Positions 57,780-64,000 of a stretch of DNA of 64,000 nucleotides are shown here, piece by piece. The stretch comes from Eledone cirrhosa. Its lineage: Eukaryota. A program made the position numbers and the translations under genes. The stretch lies in NCBI GenBank assembly GCA_964016885.1, contig OZ024750.1:29946001-30010000 (forward strand), read 5' to 3'. The notes under the pieces are model-generated. The model made no database searches and had not been told where the DNA came from. It was given only the letters and a program-made list of their open reading frames with translations. Position 1 is the first letter of the stretch. Each line of letters opens with the position of its first letter.

Positions 57780-57965
57780 TGTTTCTACTTTTGGCACAAG
57801 GCCAGCAATTACCCAGTGTATTACTGGTACTTTATTTTATCGACTCCGTAAGGATGAAAGGCAAAGTTAACCTCGGCGGGATTTGAACTCATAATGGAAA
57901 AGGCCGTAACTCTATGCGTCAAAGCATGGCGTCCGACCCTCTACCAATACTGCCAATCCACCGCC
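57780..57965 (-). mobile_element. Full-length dominant SINE with target-site duplication
   Basis: Flanked by tttgaataaataat at 57766-57779 and 57967-57980. Confidence 0.9.
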
Positions 57966-59324
57966 TTTTGAATAAATAATTGTTTCTACGTTAGGCACAA
58001 GGCCAGCAATTACCCAGTGGCCTTTTGAATAAATAATGAATGAATATTATGTAATTTATGTACTAAATTTTGTAACTCTTGATTAAATATAAATAATTTT
58101 ATTGCTTATTTAAAGATTCACTTCTTTAAAATGTTCAAATGTCAACACTTACCGTTAGTGTCCGTTATCAAAACATTGCATATATTTCCGACGCTAATTT
58201 TCTCCTAGTGTAGTTTATATATAATATCGTCTTTTTTTTTAATGTATCATGGATTACTTTACTGATTGCAGAATAGAGTGTAACACAGACTCTCTTCAAT
58301 TTCTGTGGATAGTGTCAATTACGACTTTATTTGGCATATATCTACATGCATATATATATGCGTATAATATCAATATACACACTACACATACATGCTAGCA
58401 GAAAAACCACCCTGCAGGTGGTTTTTCTGCTTGTTGTAATAATGATAGTTTCTACTTTTGGCACAAGGCCAGCAATTACACCAGTACATTACTGGTACCT
58501 TATTTTATCAACCCCATAAGGATGAAAGGCAAAGTTAACCTCAGTAGGATTTGAACTCAGAACGTAAAGGGCCATAATTCTATGCTGCAAATAATGGTGT
58601 CTGATGCTCTACTGATACTGCTAATTGTAATATTAATCATAATAATAATGATTTCTTTATTTATTTATTTAATAATTGACAGTAATAATAATAATAATAT
58701 ATATATTTAGAATTTAGTTTCGACACGAGCAAGACAACCAATCTTGTCTCAAGTGGGAAAATGCCCGTCCAAACCCATGCTAGTGTGGAAGATGGACGTT
58801 AAACGATGATGATGATGATGTATGTGCATTTCGTACATCTAAAGACATTCAGTATGTTTAATAAACATTTTGAAAGCCTCAGCTATGAATAGAAGGCTGA
58901 TGGCTAGCGTCATCCAGCAGAATCCAACAGAAGCAAGGGGGGGGGGGGGGTAATTGTCTATGCATTTCAAACTTAAATGGTTCTCATTAGGACAGTGCTT
59001 CTCTCTGCCCACTGCTGGACTTTCAGATAGGCAAAAATATATAGTTTTTTTGCCTGTGTAAATGGGCTGATTAGCTTCATTTGCATACAAAACTGTATAA
59101 ATTGGCTCAACTTAAAGTAGAATTAGAATTTAGCTTTGACATAGCAGTATACATACATGTATGTGAATTTTGTATATCTAAAGATATACAGTATGTTTAA
59201 TAACTAAACATTCTGAAAGCCTCAGCTATGAATAGAAGGCCATCTTGACGAGAACCATCGAAGTTCAAATTATTTTGACTGTATTGCTTTAAAATGGTTT
59301 CCTTTTATTTTGCATTATATTTAG

Positions 59325-59477
59325 GCACATGATAAACTTGAAGAAACTTCTATAGAAGCTGAGAACACCCAATCATTGGATCTTCATGTTAATGCCTTAA
59401 AGATATTATCTCAACATTCTTCATCAAATAGAGAAGCTGCAGAATTGACTGAAATCTTAAATGACAATTACGTACAG
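59325..59477 (+). CDS. MPP2/MPP6-like exon, L27 region
   Basis: tttag|...CAG|gtaatt; 153 nt, phase 0/0; AHDKLEETSIEAENTQSLDLHVNALKILSQHSSSNREAAELTEILNDNYVQ, compare MPP2 AHERLEETKLEA...AAELAHILQEPHFQ. Confidence 0.92.
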
Positions 59478-59925
59478 GTAATTGTGTTGTTATTTCTCAT
59501 TAACTATATATAATCATGTACAGGTAATCACAGGTGTGTTACCATTTCTCGTTAACTATATATACAGGTAATCACAGGTGTGTTACCATTTCTCGTTAAC
59601 TATATGTACAGGTAATCACAGGTGTGTTACCATTTCTCGTTAACTATATGTACAGGTAATCACAGGTGTGTTACTATTTCTCGTTAACTATATATACAGG
59701 TAATCACAGGTGTGTTACCATTCCTCATCAACTATATATAATCATGTACATGTAATTCCTACCATTCCTCATTAACTATATATAATCATGTACAGGTAAT
59801 TCCTACCATTCCTCATCAACTATATATTATCATGTACAGGTAATCACAGGTGTGTTACCATTTCTCATTAACTATACACTATCACATACAGGTAATTCCT
59901 ACCATTTTTCATTAATTATATATAA
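59472..59925 (+). repeat. ~44-52-bp minisatellite that starts at the exon donor; related 52-bp array at 60368-60565
   Basis: Unit gtacaggtaatcacaggtgtgttaccatttctcgttaactatat. Confidence 0.9.
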
Positions 59926-60601
59926 TCACACAGTTGCACTTCAATCTGTGTTCATCTAGGATGGATTGAACTGGTCCCAACCAATGCCACATTAGCATTG
60001 TAAATAAAGGTCACCACCCATTCATGGTGATCACAGATGACTAATAGTCACCTAGCTTGTGCCTCCAGTGTCACAAACTGACCATTGATACATGGTGATC
60101 ACAGATGACCAGCACAAATACGGTCTGTCAGTAAAGTGTCTAAAGGCAGGCACCATGTATGTGGGGACCAGACATCACATTAGCTCCTATTCAATAGGTC
60201 CTTCCATTGGTTTTTGTCACACACTCCACCACCCATGGAGGGAACTCATCCGGGATACAGAGGCACCTTGGCCCCTTCCTGGGGTGGCATAAATGGCAAG
60301 GTGGACAGGTAAAAGTATGGATTGGCATGATGCCAGATTTTGAGCTAATTAATGTCTGGTCCTTGCACAATCATGTACAGGTAAACACAGGTATCTTACT
60401 ATTTCTAATCAACTAGACACAATCATGTACAGGTAAACACAGGTATCTTACTATTTCTAATCAACTAGACACAATCATGTGCAGGTAAACACAGGTATCT
60501 TACTATTTTTAATCAACTAGACACAATCATGTATAGGTAAACACAGGTATCTTACTATTTCTAATCTGATAACATTTAGCATTGTAATGTCTTGTATATG
60601 T

Positions 60602-60633
<32 letters not shown>

Positions 60634-60670
60634 GTAAGTTTGTGTGTATGAGTGTATATGTGAGAATGTG

Positions 60671-60729
<59 letters not shown>

Positions 60730-61136
60730 TGTGTGTGTGTGTGTGGCTAGATCAGTGAACAGTCAATAAAAGATTGTGCTTCCATCTCATGGGGCTCCCT
60801 CAAGTAGCAAGGTGGTTTAGGAACTTAAAATGCCAGAATATCCACCACTACAAATTCTTCAACAAACCTATTGGAAATTGGCCAATGCCTCAACAGTTTC
60901 GAATCTTCAGCTTTGGTACAGTAGCTTGTGTTCAATTGTGGAAATGCCTTGTGTGTTAGTGAAGGACTATCTTATGTTAATTTTAAATTTAGGTGTTGTG
61001 TGTTAGTGAAGGACTATCTTATGTTAATTTTAAATTTAGGTGTTGTGTGTTAGTGAAGGACTATCTTATGTTAATTAGATCCTACTCCGTTGTTTTATAT
61101 GTCTACACCTCTTTCTTTATCTCTTTCACTTTGCAG

Positions 61137-61286
61137 TCACTGTTAAATGCTCACGACGAGATATCTAAAAAGAACTTTGATGAACTCAATACCTTCCAGC
61201 TTGATTCACCTCCACCTCCAGTATTTTCCCTGGTAGAGGGTCCAATTCGGTTAGTAAGAATAAGGAAAACTAAAAATGAACCATTG
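61137..61286 (+). CDS. MPP2/MPP6-like exon, end of second L27 and start of PDZ
   Basis: ttgcag|...|gtatgt; 150 nt; SLLNAHDEISKKNFDELNTFQLDSPPPPVFSLVEGPIRLVRIRKTKNEPL, compare SLLETHDSVASK...VRMVGIRKTAGEHL. Confidence 0.93.
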
Positions 61287-62462
61287 GTATGTAGTAAATG
61301 AATTTTATATAATTAATTAACCTTTTCATTACAATATTTCTAATGAAATGCAGTGCCTATGATTTTGAACTAATTTTGAAAATAATGAAGAATTTGGAGG
61401 GATTTAGTGGCATAATTAGATGTTCAATTGGTAGAGTCATTAGAAATTTAGATAGTATGCTTTATGGTATTTGTTCTAACTCTGCTCTGTGTTGAAACTC
61501 TGCTGAAGACAACTTTGCTTTTCATCCTTTCAAGGTAGATAAAAAAAAAGGTATCGCACTGTAAATGTGGTTGGTGTTAGGAAGGGCATCCAGCTGTAGA
61601 AACCAAGCCAAAATCAGCCCCGGGTGAGCAAAACACAGTCCTCTGACCTGATTCTCTCCCAAAGGGTCAGCCTGTCCTACCCATGCTAGCGTGGAAAATG
61701 GTCATTAAACAAAGATGATGATGATCAGTCCAGTACTGGGTTTGATTCTTCCTCTTTATCTTTCTCACTTCTTCTCAACCAATTTTTTCCAGAGAAGGAT
61801 GGGCTCTGCCAGGTTTAAAAATACCCAAGAAATGTATGTCACTCTGGCACAAGAAGAATGTAATATAACCAACATTTCCATTATTAAGCTAGTGTTTGGA
61901 ACTAACTTAACAAAGGTTCTTACATAAAATTATGATGGAAGGATTTTAAATAAATATAACCAGTTTTATATTATAAACCAGTGGCACTTTCATATATTTC
62001 AGTATCAAAAAGGTTAAGCTGTTGTTTGGAACATAACTTAACAAAGGTTCTTACATAAAATTATGTTTGTAAATAAGTTAAATACTTTAACCTTCCATGA
62101 AAGATGGAACCCAAGAGAGCAGATAAATATTTAGTCAACATAATCCTTTATATCCATATAGACATCTGTTCCAAAGCTGGGTCACTTTAGTGTATTATAA
62201 CACTGTGGTTAGCTGAGGAAATCTACCAAGATAGCTTATTTTGGGAATCAGAGGAAGGAGAAACGAATCTCTTTCTCCCCCCTCCTATATATATATATTG
62301 GACTAGGGACCCTATCATTAAAACATCCAAGAAACCTCCCATGTGATGGAAACTCATATGAGGCTAGCTAAACGTACATAGGTGTGAGCTTATAAGATTC
62401 ATTTTTCCTCTCTCTCTCTATCTCTCTCTCTCTCTCTCTCTCATATCTATATATATATATAT

Positions 62463-62746
62463 AAAAGCAAAGAGATATTTAATTTGTTGGTAATTCCACA
62501 AATATATTTATAACAGATTCGAAGCACTTGACAGGTTTTCTGGAGTATAATATCAATGATATTAATAAATGGAAACAGTACCTGAACTGTTAAGGTCTGA
62601 TTCCTGGGTATGTCACTATTTATGAAACAAATTGTATATTTTATCTGATGAGTAGCGTACCAAAGTTTTGGTACCCTTGAAATAAATATAATAGAATAAA
62701 TATGGTTTTATAAATATAGTTTCCATTTATTAATATCATTGATATA
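62463..62746 (+). mobile_element. Family C element with short inverted end and a diverged hammerhead (62637-62698, +)
   Basis: Homologous to 39198-39620; inverted repeat 62551-62576 / 62719-62744; CTGATGA...GAAA-taaata-TA. Confidence 0.8.
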
Positions 62747-62748
62747 TA

Positions 62749-63093
62749 TCATCATTTCATCATTTCATTTTACGTCCGCTTTTCCCTGCTTGCAAGGGTG
62801 GGATGGGAACTGATTATGGCTTGATTTCTACAGCTGGATGCCCTTCCTAACACCAACCTCATTTACAGTGAGTGATGGGTGCTTTTTTGACGTGGCACCT
62901 CCACGACCACTTTGCAGTGGAATGATAGGGACCCTAGTCCCTATCATCTCATTTCTACAGCTGAGTAAACTGGAGCAATGTGAAATAAAGTGTCTTGCTG
63001 AAGGAAACAACACATCACCCGGTCTGCTGAGAATTGAACTCACAACCTTTCGATTGCAAGGCCAATGCTCTAACCACTAAGCCATGTGCCTCC
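62749..63093 (-). mobile_element. CORE-like SINE, inverted near-identical copy of 11328-11680
   Basis: Sequence identity is visible in the twin ORFs MPFLTPTSFTVS. Confidence 0.88.
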
Positions 63094-63583
63094 ATATATA
63101 TATAGAGAGAGAGAAAGAGATGAAATTGGAAATTGCACGGAAAATATGGATGTTTTTCTCTTTTTTTTTTTTTCCTTTCTTTGATTTGTCAAGGTGATAT
63201 TGAAAAGTTGAGAGGGACAATTCTTTTAAAAAAGAGTTTTATAATGTCTATAGAATATAACTCGTTTTGATGTATTAGTAAAATCCATCTTATGAAATGT
63301 TGAGTATTGCATTTAAAAAGAATTAATAAGAATTAAAAATTAAGTGTTGAGGCAAGTTTTTTCATCTTTTCTTGTTGAGAAGACTGATATATTCATTCAT
63401 TTATTATGGCTAAGTAGTGAACCTTGTTACTCTGGAGTTTCACCTGTACACTCACTGGATTATTGTCCGGCCGTCAGGGGTCCACACAGAACAACATATT
63501 GTGTAGAAGTTAATAAAGTGTCTTTCTGAAAGCTTGTCATCCCTATGTAACCTTTCACTTCAACTCTGTTTTACTTTCTCTAG

Positions 63584-63662
63584 GGTATTATTGTGAAACT
63601 TGACGAAAATGATGAACTCGTTGTGTCCAGAATTATGACTGGCAGCTTAATTGCTAAACAAG
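63584..63662 (+). CDS. MPP2/MPP6-like exon, PDZ domain; gene continues beyond the window
   Basis: ttctctag|...G|gtaagt; GIIVKLDENDELVVSRIMTGSLIAKQ(G), compare GVTFRVEGGELVIARILHGGMVAQQG. Confidence 0.92.
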
Positions 63663-64000
63663 GTAAGTTGTTATATTTTGGGAATTTTCTTTTTTAATCT
63701 GAGAACTATCTGATGGGCATCTACATAGTTTCTGTCTACCAAAGATGTCACTCAATTGGGATTGAACCTGGGATCTCATGATTGTGAAGCTAACTTCTTA
63801 ACACTTAACCATGCATCTATCTGATCTTCCATCCCCATAAACTTCACCAATCTAGATATAAATTTCTGTGATTCTGTCACAACACTTAGAAAGGAGTAGT
63901 TTGACTACCTCATACTATTCCTCTTTCTTTGTCTGCTGCCTGCATGAATGTGTATGTGTGTAAATGGAAGGTAAGGGATGGTGAAAAAACTAGTGTGTGT

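Overview
AT-rich, repeat-saturated animal genomic DNA, most likely an octopus or other cephalopod (inferred from microsatellite density and SINE types). There is a 200-N assembly gap at 3480-3679. The only host gene I can support is the 5' part of a MAGUK p55-subfamily gene (MPP2/MPP6/varicose-like) on the + strand. Five GT-AG coding exons (48195-48225, 52257-52378, 59325-59477, 61137-61286, 63584-63662) splice in frame to give L27-L27 plus the start of a PDZ domain. The rest is simple repeats, minisatellites, tRNA-derived SINEs and decayed transposons: a Penelope-like (PLE) GIY-YIG fragment, a CRE-like RLE fragment, Tx1/L1 and RTE fragments, an Hsmar2-like mariner and MITEs. The most striking signal is about 15-20 minimal type I hammerhead ribozyme (HHR) motifs from at least six unrelated repeat families. 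Most sit in (TA)n tracts, and several lie in asymmetric fold-back palindromes that put a ribozyme on each strand. One family shares terminal sequence with the GIY-YIG fragment, and three motifs carry very long stem II inserts. A second theme is minisatellites born from transposon sequence or from a splice donor. Almost all long ORFs in the supplied track are microsatellite artefacts. All structures were derived by eye, without folding or search tools.
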